From: Macrostomum lignano
Taxonomy: Eukaryota
Direction: 5' to 3'
Assembly (NCBI GenBank): GCA_002269645.1
Contig: NIVC01001069.1
Coordinates: 1 to 64,000, forward strand
Length of the DNA: 64,000 bases
This document shows, piece by piece, positions 1-11,080 of this stretch (its first letter is position 1; each line of letters begins with the position of its first letter). The notes beneath the pieces are model-generated. The model saw only the letters and a program-made list of their open reading frames with translations, ran no database searches and was not told where the DNA came from. A program made the translations under genes and the position numbers.

Positions 1-478
1 ACCAGGGTCATTCTCATCTCCTGTCTGTTCATTGGGAATGAATCCAGCACCGCTCCCCATCTGAATAAAATCCGGCGTTCTCAATCAAGCACTGGGTATC
101 ATAGACCACACCAAAGTTTGCTATTCTTTCCAACTCTGTACTTCCATTGGACACATTAAACTCTTTGAACATATAAGCCAGAAATTACTGGTTAGTGCGA
201 CATCCGCATTGTGTAGATCATCATTAGCATGAGCGGCGTCTGCGCCTCCTTTAGTTTTGAATTGAAACGTCATATAGAAGCCGCTCCTTAGACTGTGGAC
301 ACTGACCAAAGACGAACATCCATTGTATGTAAATGTCAGTGTTTGGCCAGGACCAAGATTAGTTTCATTCTGATTTTCCTGACTGGGAACTCTTTACCTG
401 AGTCGCTTTGATTGTGCTATCATCACTCAAAATAGGCTTGTTAATTTTGTAGAAAACTGGTGTCAGTGGGTCGTTCAT
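1..478 (-). CDS. Major capsid protein (Polinton PY / hexon-like), N-terminal part, frameshifted, continues left of window
   Basis: Frame-corrected translation from ATG 478: MNDPLTPVFYKINKPILSDDSTIKATQVKEFPSQENQNETNLGPGQTLTFTYNG...SGFYMTFQFKT...NADVALTSNFWAYMFKEFNVSNGSTELERIANFGVVYDTQCLIE..PDFIQMGSGAGFIP. This follows the Maverick MCP N-terminal pattern (D-S-I...TNLN...ADV-L-NN...LF...EI...G). Confidence 0.8.
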
Positions 479-508
479 TTTTTAACTAAAAATAAAATAA
501 AATAAGAA

Positions 509-1716
509 ATGAAGCGAAAAAGTACACAGCAGATATCTGAATTGGAGAAGCTAGCACAAGCAGAGAAACGAGTTACCGGGCTAATAAATAAGGAGCAACA
601 ATCCTACAATGAGTTTGTCCAAGCAGCCACCGAATTTCACAAACCGGATACACAGAAGCGAAGAAAAACCTCGACACTGTGAAGGAAGCAGTTGATGATA
701 TTCAAGAGAGCCACTTGCAAACACATTGGGTAAAATCCCATCTTCACCAGGACAACCACAGGCTCAGGAACCAGGACAACCAGTGCAGATGAAAGTGACG
801 GATAACTTTTTTGGCCCCGTATTGGATGATGGAAAATATATTTTTGGAATTAGCGCCTGGCGAAAAAATATTACCGGGGAACCGGCGGGATTACAACATT
901 GAAGTGACAAAGGAAAATATTTTAATCAATAAAGGCGCAGAAACTAAACGAATCCCCTTCACTCAAAGTTTACTCGACTACATGACTAAAAATCTAGAGA
1001 AACGTCTAAAAGCAGTTCGAAAATTACAAAGATCTTGTTACCTTCGCTTTAGAGAGGGATATAGATATGCTCAAGAACAACGGTGTTTTGAAAATTTTAC
1101 ATGAAAACGGGATTGTCTTGAACAGGTTTAAAAAATACAAATACTTTCAACAATGGTTTGGTTTGCCGGATCAAGAAGAGGTCATAAGACAACAACCACA
1201 ACAACCACAGCACACGCAGCAACCACAACAGCAGCAACCAAAACAACAACTACAACAACCACAACAGCAGCAACCACAAACACAACCACAACCACAACAA
1301 CCTCCACCGCCACAGCAACAAATCACACCCGAACAAGTACTAGAAGCACTTGAAAAAGCAGGGCCAAATGAGATTTCCCAGTACAAAGATACAAACCCTG
1401 ATACTTGGCGACAATTAGAGCGGCTCTCCCAGAACGAATGAAGCGAATCAATGACAGAGTATTCACACCTCAACAAAGACAAGCGCCACATGACAGTTCC
1501 TCCTCTGACCAATCATTCGAATCACCTCCAAGCTCTTCCGGAAAAGGCATGCCTGAATTCTACAAGCGGTTAGCTGTTCTTCTAGGAGCGGCAAAGACCG
1601 GAATGAAAGACGAGAATAGAAAAGAATTTGTCAACATCCTGGACAAAATGCTTGAGAGAAAATATATCGATAAAAGAGCAAGAGAACTTTTGCTTTCATG
1701 GTTTAACAAAAAATAA
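509..1716 (+). CDS. Conserved uncharacterised Polinton protein (coiled N-terminus, Q/P-rich linker, conserved C-terminal helix pair), frameshifted
   Basis: ATG 509 after A-rich leader. Overlapping ORF pieces 811-1104, 1067-1441, 1405-1716. C-terminus GKGMPEFYKRLAVLLGAAKTGMKDENRKEFVNILDKMLERKYID resembles the recurrent Polinton motif ERL-LL-AS-AGN...NEI-IL-EL. Confidence 0.6.
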
Positions 1717-1732
1717 ATTTCTATTTAAAAAG

Positions 1733-2110
1733 ATGCCAATTATTTTCGAAAAAGACATTGACAAATACTACGACAAAGAGGAACTTAATCTCATTAAACG
1801 CGGATCTGGACTTTTCCCTGCAGGCCACTATCCAAGAAAAGAACGTTCTGGGAACGTCTTGCGATTTGATCGCTCAAGGGGCCAAGATTTTTAAGGTCAT
1901 TGGAGAGAACAAAGAGAACATCAAGAACGTTGCCGAAGCGGCGGTAGTGTAGCCACAGCAGCCAAAAAGATTAAAGGATACGGTTCATGAAACCCGGAAA
2001 TCAATACCAGATATTCAACCCTTGCACCGAGTGCAGATAGTGTCGATCCAGCCATCTACGCAAAGATGAGAGCTGAATATAAGAAAGGAGGCGGTTTTAA
2101 ATTTGACTAA
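1733..2110 (+). CDS. Small putative virion core/membrane-active protein (amphipathic, pVI/cupiennin-like), frameshifted
   Basis: MPIIFEKDIDKYYDKEELNLIKRGSGLF..., then amphipathic IAQGAKIFKVIGENKENIKNVAEAAGSVATAAKKIK (after frame correction); ends YKKGGGFKFD* at 2110. One apparent TGA at 1988-1990. Confidence 0.55.
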
Positions 2111-2139
2111 TTTGGTGCACCCTGACGGTAAAAGAGGTG

Positions 2140-2245
2140 TGAGGGTGTAGGACTAGTCGAAAAAAGACACACACAACCCGAAAAAAGACACACACATCCC
2201 ACAAAGAGACACACACATACACATCCCGAAAAAAGACACACGCGT
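2140..2245. repeat. Short intergenic repeat in the Polinton, about 4 x ~22 bp (gaaaaaagacacacaca..cc)
   Basis: Directly visible imperfect tandem copies between the small ORF and the ATPase. Confidence 0.7.
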
Positions 2246-2290
2246 CTTAAATACACAAGTTTAAAAAGAAAAAGTTTTTTTACATAAAAA

Positions 2291-3089
2291 ATGGACTTCA
2301 CAAACGACTTTCATCCCCACTGGACACGCAATCAGATAAAATTTGCTCACAACGAGATAATTCCAGGCACTTCCGATGCATTGTTGTTGGCTCATCTGGG
2401 TCAGGGAAAACCTTCAGAGTTTTTAACATGCTCCTCAGACCTGGATTCCTCGATTATGACACACTACATATCTATTCACCCACTCTGTATCAAGATGAGT
2501 ATAAAATGCTAGTAGCGGGCCTACAGAACAAACTCAACAAGGAAGATATTATTCAATGTTTTAGACATCAAAAAGACCTCAACAGCAACCCGGAAGTTGT
2601 AGCCACTGAATACGCAAAGCACATCCCAGACAATGAAAAATGGCAAAATATTAAAGTTTTCACTTATGGAGATCCACAGATAGATCCTAAAACTAAACTC
2701 TTACCTCAACCTGATGAACTAGAAAAGGGGAGAAAGCACCTGATTGTCTTTGATGACTGCATGACCGGTCCCAGAAACAGATAGAAAATTATTTCACCCG
2801 GGGTAGACACAATAACTGCAATGTTATTTACATTGCCCAAAACTGGTTTGAACTGCCAAATAAAACAATTAGAGGTAACTGTAATTTGATTCTCCTTTTC
2901 CCAACCATACCACAGGATCGACTGAAACGATTTTATAATGAAGTCATTGCCCCAGCTCACATTACATATCCAGCTAAGAACTCTAACAGAACAATATCAC
3001 AGGAGGAATTTGTTAACATATGCTATGAAAAGTGGAACCAACCTTATCAGTTTGTCATGATTAATAAGGAGAAAAGAATTTTAATTTAA
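2291..3089 (+). CDS. ATP: A32/FtsK-HerA family DNA packaging ATPase, frameshifted
   Basis: Corrected frame gives FRCIVVGSSGSGKT (Walker A), HLIVFDD (Walker B) and FTRGRHNNCNVIYIAQNWFELPNKTIRGNCNLILLF (Arg finger/sensor-1 motif typical of viral A32 ATPases). Confidence 0.93.
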
Positions 3090-3105
3090 TTTTTCATTTA
3101 AAAAA

Positions 3106-3829
3106 ATGTCTATTAATTTTGCAGGTGAGTCAACTACAAGCAACAGCACTCTCACAACTTCCTTCCTTGATAAGCGCTACATTAACACTGATGAGGAGAT
3201 CCCAGAGATCAAACTGAATAAAAACAGACTGAAAACCCTAGAGCGCTCCATGCACCAGTTGCAAATGAACATGGAAGATCTCAGGCTTAAAGTAGCTAGA
3301 CAGAAGTTTGACAGTGATAAGCTTTATGTGCCGTTGTTAAACGCAACTAATGAACTAAGGTCAGAAATAACTTCGATAGTCTCGCTAATCAACAGCTTAA
3401 GATCGACAATTAATCTTCTGAGAAATTCCACTGATAGACGGATGCGTATTCTTGAAGGAAGGAGTTTTCACAAACACAGCTAAAGTGAGGAATTTAGAAG
3501 AGTTCATGAACCAGTCAACAGCGTTGCATGATAGAATTAAAGAAAACGTCGCAACCAACACAGTTAAAGTGAGGAATTTAGAAGAGTTCATGACTCAGTC
3601 AACAGCGTTGCATGATCAAATCAAAGTAAGAATTACTGCAATTAAAGTCTTTGTAGATTTAGTTTTTACCGAATGGCAGAAATCGGTGAGAAGAATCGGT
3701 CGTCTTGAACGCTTGCATAATCTCAAAAACATTGACGCTGAAGAGGCACCACAGACCACAAGGGAAACAAGTGATCCAACCGACTTGTTTGAGATCATGC
3801 GTAGAATGGAGCTCACAGATAATGAATAG
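3106..3829 (+). CDS. Coiled-coil Polinton protein with internal 84-bp (28-aa) tandem duplication, one frameshift near 3460
   Basis: ORFs 3106-3483 and 3452-3829 join; heptad-rich sequence; duplicated TNTAKVRNLEEFMNQSTALHDRIKENVA / TNTVKVRNLEEFMTQSTALHDQIKVRIT. Confidence 0.6.
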
Positions 3830-3937
3830 GCAGATTCAGAGACCTGTTGCCGTCACTGCAGACGAAGCAATCAACCGTAAAACAAATCTAACCACCACCA
3901 ACTAGTTGCCGATTTTTTTTTAAAAATTCCCTAAAAA

Positions 3938-4580
3938 ATGGATGCTCAAAATTCTCTTTATGATCCGAACGCTCCACAACACCTAGTGCACCTAGTGCAC
4001 CCCAATATGAGCAACAAAAACTCTACCCCGTCATTACTTGTAACTCTCAACAGTTTCGACTAGTGGAGATTCAAAAAATGCGAGATGATCTTGAAAAAAA
4101 TATTTTCCACAACACAAAGAAAATTAAGCGCTATGACAGCCACTGTAAATTTTTCGACTACAGCAATATGATTCTAGGATCTGTGTCTGTTCTAACTGGA
4201 TCTGCTGCAGCTGTCTCAGTGTTGCCAGTCATCACAGCCCCAATCGCAATCCCGCTCGGCTCTGTGGTGCTGCATGTGGACTTATTTCAGCAATTACTGG
4301 AGCATTAGCGCGAAACAGGCGAAAAAAACTAAAGCAGCTACAGGAGAAGCAAGTAAAAGAGAAAGGGGTGCACACTTCAATCATAGGGTACATTTCAAGG
4401 GCAATCGAGGATAAGTTCATTTCAGAGGATGAGTTCAAAACCATTCAGGATCTTTATGAACAATCAATTCGAATGAACTTGAACATGGTCGGTACTGATG
4501 ACATGAGTCAGCTGAGAAATGAACTCGAGAAAGTTCTTCAACATTATGCGGAAAGAAAGTCGGCAAGAAATGCACAATGA
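3938..4580 (+). CDS. Adintovirus 'GasderminX'-like membrane protein, two frameshifts
   Basis: Corrected: ...QQFRLVEIQKMRDDLEKNIFHNTKKIKRY...SNMILGSVSVLTGSAAAVSVLPVITAPIAIPLGSVGAACGLISAITGALARNRRKKLKQLQEKQ...IIGYISRAIEDKFISEDEFKTI. It shows the family pattern of FRL-I motif, Gly/Ala-rich hydrophobic hairpin, basic patch and IS-A-D-IS-EF. Confidence 0.7.
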
Positions 4581-4984
4581 ACCCCTATGAAACACAGTAA
4601 GAATAATTTCCTTGTAGGTCTTTCGTGTTTTGGTCATTGCATACAAAACAGTCATGCACAGCTCACCGCAAATATCACTGCTAAGACCTTGGAGAATAAA
4701 GTCTGAGCGATAAATTTTTTTATTATTTTTCCCTTCATATAATTTCTTAGCTCTTCTGGTACTGCCGTCCCATAGCTATCGAAGTAATAACACTTGTGCT
4801 TGCGATCGGGATCAATCACCCAGCAAACCCAATGAGATCCTGGCTTATCGGTGGTGTCAAAGTTCATGATGCCGCATTCCTTTCTTAGAGGAAAATCAGG
4901 CAGAGTGTCCCTCATAAATATTCCTCTAAAGTTTGGGATTTCCAGTTCGTTAGCCAAATCTTCAAGAAAGTTATTTGTCGTCAT
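4580..4984 (-). CDS. PRO: Adenain-like (C5) cysteine maturation protease, frameshift near 4710; 3' end approximate
   Basis: MTTNNFLEDLANELEIPNFRGIFMRDTLP...CGIMNFDTTDKPGSHWVCW...YYFDSYG, then shifted frame IYRSDFILQGLSSDICGELC. Catalytic His (SHW), Asp (FDSYG), Gln and Cys (ICG) are all present. Confidence 0.9.
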
Positions 4985-5081
4985 TTTTATGTTTTTATGA
5001 GGTTTATTAAACTTTCTCTTAAACCTAAACCTAACTCCACCTCCTAAACCCAACCTCAACCTCCTAACCCAACCTCCTAAC

Positions 5082-8000
5082 CTAATCTCCATGCCCGAAC
5101 GGTAGACTGTTAATATTGTCATCAAAAATGAATCTCTTGTTATCTGCACCTGACAGTCCAATCTTCTTTTGCTGAATTGTGTGAATAATATGGTTTTTAG
5201 ATTGTAGCTTTGAGAACTCATGTGATGTCTTTTTGTTGCAATTCAAGGCGTCTCTGTATTCAGCTTCATTAATTTCCTTCCTAACCACACGTTTCGGAAT
5301 TCCCTTTGATTTTTTAATTGGGTCTGACGACTCACATTTTATAAAATAGGACTTTGCTCTCAACCCAATGAATTCAGTGATTATGTCACCAGCAATCTCG
5401 TCCTTCATTTTCCCAATCACTTTCTTGTTAGTGGCGTCAAACACTTGATCGCCATTCTGTGTCCTGCAAGATTCATCATACTCAGACAAGTCAAACAAAT
5501 CTTTTTGCTGCAGCATGTCCTGATAAATGTCTTCTGTTTGAATGTCCATAATAAAACTGTCTGTGTCAGTGTACAAGAGTTTCATTTTATCCTTGTACTG
5601 CTGCTTCATGCCATAGAAGAACTGGTACATCAGACGTTTTGATTCGTCGAGAACAGTGACACCTGTATAGATCGGCTTGCGCAGCGTCACCTTGGTTTTG
5701 TAAAATATGATCACACCTAAGTAGCTATTAAAGATATGGAGTTCTTTGAATGTTGGCTTTGACATATTTGCCTGAATAACAGCAGGCTCTGATGAGGTAA
5801 CAAGTTTCAGGTTTGTTCTTTTCCGCTCATTCTCAAGAGTCTTGCCATAGACAGAGTTGTTGGCCAACTTAAAGAGGTTCTTGTCAAAGTCGTTGGTTGC
5901 TTTGGTCCTAAACTGGGTGTTCTTATCAATGTAGGGTTTCATCCACGCTTCCTCTGTAAATGTAAGAGCCCTGTGAACTTTGGTGACCCTGCAACCAAGT
6001 GAGATAAAATACTGAAGCAGTTTGTAATGGATTTTGTAACGTGTCTTGTTGTTTAGATTCTGTGTTAGTTTCTCTGTATGTTCTTTTTCTGTTCCTGACA
6101 GGTGCCAAGTTCCATTATTATCATTGGGAGTTTCGATTATTTTCGGGCACTTGATGTTCTCTGGGAAGGGTGGAAAGTCAGAGAAATAGTCGTGAAGCTC
6201 TGGTGGAATGTAAACATCAACCTCATAAATGGCAGCCAATGAAAAGTCCCATTTATTCTGATGAGGGTAGCCATCGAAAATCTCTAACTGGAAGATCTTG
6301 ACTCATCGCCCACCCGTAGAGATTATTAGCGTCCAAGTAAGTAATGTAGTTTGAGGGCTGCTCCTTATTGTAAGATTCAATGTAGGGATTGTTTGCTTTT
6401 GCATACCTGTTAACACAAATTGAGATTCCCCCTCGCTTTGACGATTCGACAAAATTGTACATGTCAATGTCTGTAAGAAGTTCAATGTACCAATCTGGAT
6501 CTTGATCCCATTTCATTTTAAGCAAAGATTCCCAGCTAGTGGCAGGCAGAGACACATAATGTGCTGGATCGAGGCCATATGCTGTGTACCAGGTGTATCT
6601 GAAGGTTTCAAACACATCGGCCAGCAGAAACACATCTGTGTAGAGGTAAAGCAGGTGATACTGGAAGAAGTTTTGACAATTAAAGTAATTATAGACATGC
6701 TTCGCGTGCTCATAGTCTTTGTCAGAGATTCCAGAGTCTGTTAGCTTTGAAAAGAACTTCTCCTGTGGTGGTAAACCTTCTTCAAATACGTGATACCCAG
6801 TAATATTTTCATAGGGGTAGAAGCCTTTCTTTCTTAAAAGTTTAAATGATTCATCACTGTTGTTAATTTTACTTGCAAACATCTTTGTATATGTACATTG
6901 TTCATCTTTTAGATTCTTGCTTAGTTCGTCTAGACTGGCAGCTAGAAATTGATATGAATCCTTCAGTCTTATTTTACCTGTACCGAATTATCCTGTTTAA
7001 TATCAACACACTTAAACTTCTCCTTGTTCTCTGCGATGCAATCAAGGTGTATGTCTGGAATCATGCCGATTTTTTCAACTATTAAATGCATGTCATAGTT
7101 CTTTGCGTTGTGACAAAATATCGTTAGATCATGAATGTTCGATTTTAGCTTTAGATTACAGGTGTTATGCGCTGCACCTCTAAATTTCCCAGTAAAGTGG
7201 CAGTGGTCCCTAACGGTGGGGTTTTTAATATTAGTGCAAGTTAACTGTTTCCTGCAGATGTGGCAATGAGTTGCTGATAGGAAATTGCTTTCATCCTCCT
7301 CAGTCATCATTATTGGAACAGGTTGAAGGGTGCTAATCATTTTTGCAACTCTAACATTCTGGCAATAAACTGCTCCACACACTGCTCTCCAAAGAAATAA
7401 TTATACTCAACAAGTCCTTTTGTATTAATAAAGGCATATGCTACTGAATTGGGGACATGTTTTGAGTTTGAGTTTGTTTTTGAGTTTGAGTTTGTTTTTG
7501 AGTTTCTGGCATGATTGAGCATTCGAAATCAGCATATACAACAAATGGGAGCTTCTCCATCTTGTGATAGTTCTTAAACGGAGATACTTCTCTTCAGCTG
7601 AAGGAAGAGAGCAGTTTGTCGGGTGATCCTCGCATGATAATTCATGCTCTGTTAGCTTTTCAAAGCGTTCAGGTCCACTGTAATGCTTAAGGCACAAGCG
7701 GCAGATGGCAACAGCCTCGTGATGATTATTCAACTGCTTGTGAATGAGTCTTGAAAGATCTTTAATCCAAACATAGTGAGCCTCCTCTAGTAAATTACCA
7801 ATCACTAGAAGATCCACTTCAGTCCGCCTTTTCCCCTCAGGATCTAAAACGTCTTTGCTACATCTGACCGGTTGAACTTTCTCAGTTTTTTCACTCCACT
7901 CAAAGACTGTGATTCTAATTTTGTTATTAAACACTTCTTCTAGCTTTGGGATCTGAGAGATCGCCAAGCCTCCTTTGTCAAACCTGATTCCCTTCTTTTC

Positions 8001-8918
8001 GCATTCGATGAGATAGTAGTTGAAATAATTTTGATAATTTGAGGTTCTTTCGGGGTGGTGAGGGACACTATCATAAAGAAGTGCAGAAAGAACTGCCCAT
8101 AGAGCACAGCAATTGTCTTTATTTTTAACATTTATGCAAGCTTTTTTGCCGGCTAGCTTATGCGGGAGCTCTATATAAGAGGAGGCTTTAAGTGGGTCAT
8201 ATTTCATGACCATGACAGTCGCTCTTTGAATCCCTCCCACGACCCATCCGGAACCTCTGGATGTAAACGCTTCAATTTTCTTAGTGACATCTTGAAGGAA
8301 AGGATCCAGTGTGTCTGTAGGGGTGAATGGCTTTGCCTTTGTTGTCATGTAATACTCGAGATGCTCAGTGGGTTTTGCAGGCATATAAAACGCAATCTTG
8401 AATGATATCTGTAGTTTAAAGGTCTTGCGTGTTTTGAGTGTGTGATCAACAACTGATTGGATGCTGTCTTTATAGTCGTAGATGTTTGCGGTGGTACCGT
8501 TGGTGCCGTTTAATTGGGATTGTGTACTCTATGTAATGTTCTGTAAACTTCCTCTGTGCAAAATTAATCTCTTCAATGGCAAGCTCCGACTCTTTTAAAT
8601 GGATTAATTGCTCTAATTTCTCTTGTTCCTGCTTATTTTGTGGTACTTTGCTTTTTCACCAGTGAGAGTTTCGTATTTGTTAACTAAGTTGCGACTCCTC
8701 TCTTGGTGTTCCTTTGCAGGATTTTGTATAGGCGCATACTGGTTGGATTCTAATTGATTGATGATTTCCAACTGTTTTTCATAGCTTCCCAGGTGACCAG
8801 GGTCGGTGTTAAACTTTTGTTTACATGCTTCTCTTAGTAAATTACTTTTGTCTTGAAATGAGACGCCTTTTGAAAAATATTTGTTGACTAAATCTTTTGC
8901 TGGATTAGCTTTTGGCAT
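5082..8918 (-). CDS. POLB: Protein-primed family B DNA polymerase (Polinton type), several frameshifts
   Basis: Pieces 8613-8918, ~8600-8385, 7425-8384, 7337-7560, 6969-7382, 6253-6882 and 5082-6239 join. Motifs: RGSGW, SSYIELP, ExoI VYADFE, EndoVII-like Zn ribbon CHIC...VRDHCHFTGKFRGAAHNTCN, ExoII HNAKNYD, ExoIII YLYTDVFLLADVF, PolA YLDANNLYG, PolB KLANNSVYGK, PolC YTDTDS. Confidence 0.96.
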
Positions 8919-9004
8919 TTTTTTCTCTAAAATAAAAAAATTTTGAGGGTGACCACCCTGATAGAAAAGTTGAACTGTTTCTACATCCTATAAGTAGCGT
9001 TGGT

Positions 9005-9498
9005 TTATGAAGCTGGATAAAGTGGGGTTTTAAACCTCATCACCGCATCACGCATTATTGTAAACCCAGCATTGTGCAGTGTCATGATGCTTTGACAATG
9101 TCAGACTTGCTTACAGAATTTTCATGCTCACAATAATCACGATCATTAAAATCCGGGCAGCCCTCTCCTGCCTTAATTGTTATACCTTTGTCTCTTGCAA
9201 TCTTTTGCAATTCTAGCTGGTGGGCTCTATCATTACCAGCTTTAACAGCAGTTGCTACACCTCCAGCTACACCACCTGCGGCACTTACAGCGCCTGCAAT
9301 GATTGGGATAAGAGCTGCTAATGGTAGGATTCCTCCTGACTTTTCATCTGTGATGCTGTGTCTTTGCTCATTACACTCAACTATTTGCTGTGTGGGATCG
9401 ATTTTTACTTTGGCACCTTTAATTGATATAAGACCTGGTTTCTTTGATTCAATGATTTTATTGAGTTTATTGATGGTTCTGGTTTCAATCTTTGTCAT
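9005..9498 (-). CDS. Putative virion core protein with adenovirus pX(mu)-like hydrophobic segment; frameshift near 9087
   Basis: MTKIETRT...EKSGGILPLAALIPIIAGAVSAAGGVAGGVATAVKAG...; corrected C-terminus KSDIVKAIMTLHNAGFTIMRDAVMRFKTPLYPAS* (TAA 9007-9005). Confidence 0.7.
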
Positions 9499-9514
9499 TT
9501 TTTATTTTAATATT

Positions 9515-10549
9515 TTAATTAATTTCTGTGTCAGCTGGTATCACTAGGAGTTCAGCTCTAGTGAATGACCGCGTGGGGGATTTAGGGTTAAAGGCTTGAG
9601 ATAAAAAGTAATAGTCACCGGAGTCGGAGGTAAAATGTCTGTCTATTTTATGTACATCAAGGCTGAAGTATGGATCTGTAGCTCTTCTTTTGGTGTCTTT
9701 CTCTAGCTCTCCAGGTAGATATAAAAAGCGTAGAAACTCAGAGTTTGTCAGTATGTATGGTGATTCAACTCCTGGAAGCTTAGGGTAGTTCGAGGTGTGT
9801 TTTGTGTTGTGTGTGTTTGTGGGTTGTCGTGTTGTTGTCTGTTTTATGAGATGACTTAAGTTCGACAGTGTCTTGTTTAATTGCATGGGATGGTTTCAAT
9901 CCAGTCATGCGTGTGGCTTCATTGTTAAGTTGCTCTATAACAGTGGGGAGCCGGTCTGTCCATTTTGAATAGTACTGACCACTTTTTAGTTTCAGCTCTT
10001 CAGCTGTCTGCTTAGTGAATAGCCTCTTGGCTAGAGTTAGATTGAATCTTTCCACAAAAGCCTGGTCTCTGTGCAAGTTTGTTCTGCCATAGCGAATCTC
10101 TGTATCGTGCTTTTCCATAAGGGATTTCACTGCACCCATGAATTCCTTACCCGGGTCGGTCATAAAAATTTCAGGGTAACTAAGGGGTGAGTTTTTATAA
10201 ATATCTTGCAGTGCGCTGGCAACAACCTCTGCCTTCTTCGTCTTGAGTGGGCGAGCTTCCTTATATCTGGAAGCAACGTCTGTAATTGTGAGAGCATACT
10301 TGTAGCCGAGTCATTGGGGAGAAACAAAAGATCTGCTTGGTGCGCTTCATTAGGTTTATAGATGCTAAAGTGAGGTCTTGTAAATTTTACTGGTGGGAAA
10401 TAGACTTGAAAGACAGCCTGCTTAGAGAGCCATTTTTCTACTGTAGCTTTTGGTTCCTTACTCAGCTCCATGAGTTTACTAACGGCATTTTTTCCTACAA
10501 AGAATCCTTTGTCGCTGTAGTAGAGTTTTTTAAGTTTTTGATCTGTCAT
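9515..10549 (-). CDS. INT: Retroviral-like (rve) DDE integrase of Polinton type, two frameshifts
   Basis: HQADLLFLP (D1), GYKYALTITDVASRY, MTDPGKEF (D2), QAFVERFNLTL (E); C-terminal RFLYLPGELEKDTKRRATDPYFS characteristic of this integrase group. Confidence 0.94.
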
Positions 10550-10579
10550 TTATTTAAAAAGAAAATTTTAAATAAAATA

Positions 10580-11080
10580 ATGCAGCGCTCTGGTGGTAAG
10601 TTAGATTCACATGGACTGATAGAAAAGCTTCCTCATCCGAACAAAGGCTGGACACTTCCCGGCTATAAATATTGCGGGCCTTTGAATCCACTTGAAATAC
10701 AGCTAGATAAAAACAATAATCCACATCCTGGGCATGAGCCTGTGAATGAGCTAGACTCTGTCTGCATGTGGCATGACGTTAAATATAGAGATTTTCCTGA
10801 GGAGAAGAATCGTTGGGACAAAGAAATGCTTAAGAGACTAGACAATATAGGGGCTTCAAGCGGATTTCGCGAGTCTATTGCTAGGAAATTAGTCAAGGCG
10901 GTTATTTTTGGTAAGTCTAAGTTGGGGTTGGGGGTGTACGCCGAGGGCGGGTGTTTGGGGAGAGAAGGTGGGTGCACGGGGAGAGAGGGCGGACGCTCGG
11001 GAGCGGGGTTTATTTTGTGTGCTCCAAACGAGGTACTAGGAAGACTGCTGAAAGAGCTGGGGGTTGAGAGAGACGCTTGA
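10580..11080 (+). CDS. Parvovirus VP1u-type phospholipase A2 protein (PLA2X)
   Basis: ATG 10580 after A-rich leader; TLPGYKYCGPLN (Ca-binding loop), NELDSVCMWHDVKY (catalytic HD..Y), WDKEML, C-terminal KSKLGLGV. The last ~50 codons read through G-rich sequence. Confidence 0.88.
   Translation: MQRSGGKLDSHGLIEKLPHPNKGWTLPGYKYCGPLNPLEIQLDKNNNPHPGHEPVNELDSVCMWHDVKYRDFPEEKNRWDKEMLKRLDNIGASSGFRESIARKLVKAVIFGKSKLGLGVYAEGGCLGREGGCTGREGGRSGAGFILCAPNEVLGRLLKELGVERDA

Noticed and set aside
4985-5221. N-terminal extension of the protease ORF (track 4652-5221)
   Set aside because: Overlaps the PolB 3' end and the TTAGG tract; the family-typical start is ATG 4984 with the usual A-rich leader.
10337-10579. 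Upstream extension of the PLA2 ORF
   Set aside because: Antisense to the integrase 5' end; ATG 10580 has the consensus leader.
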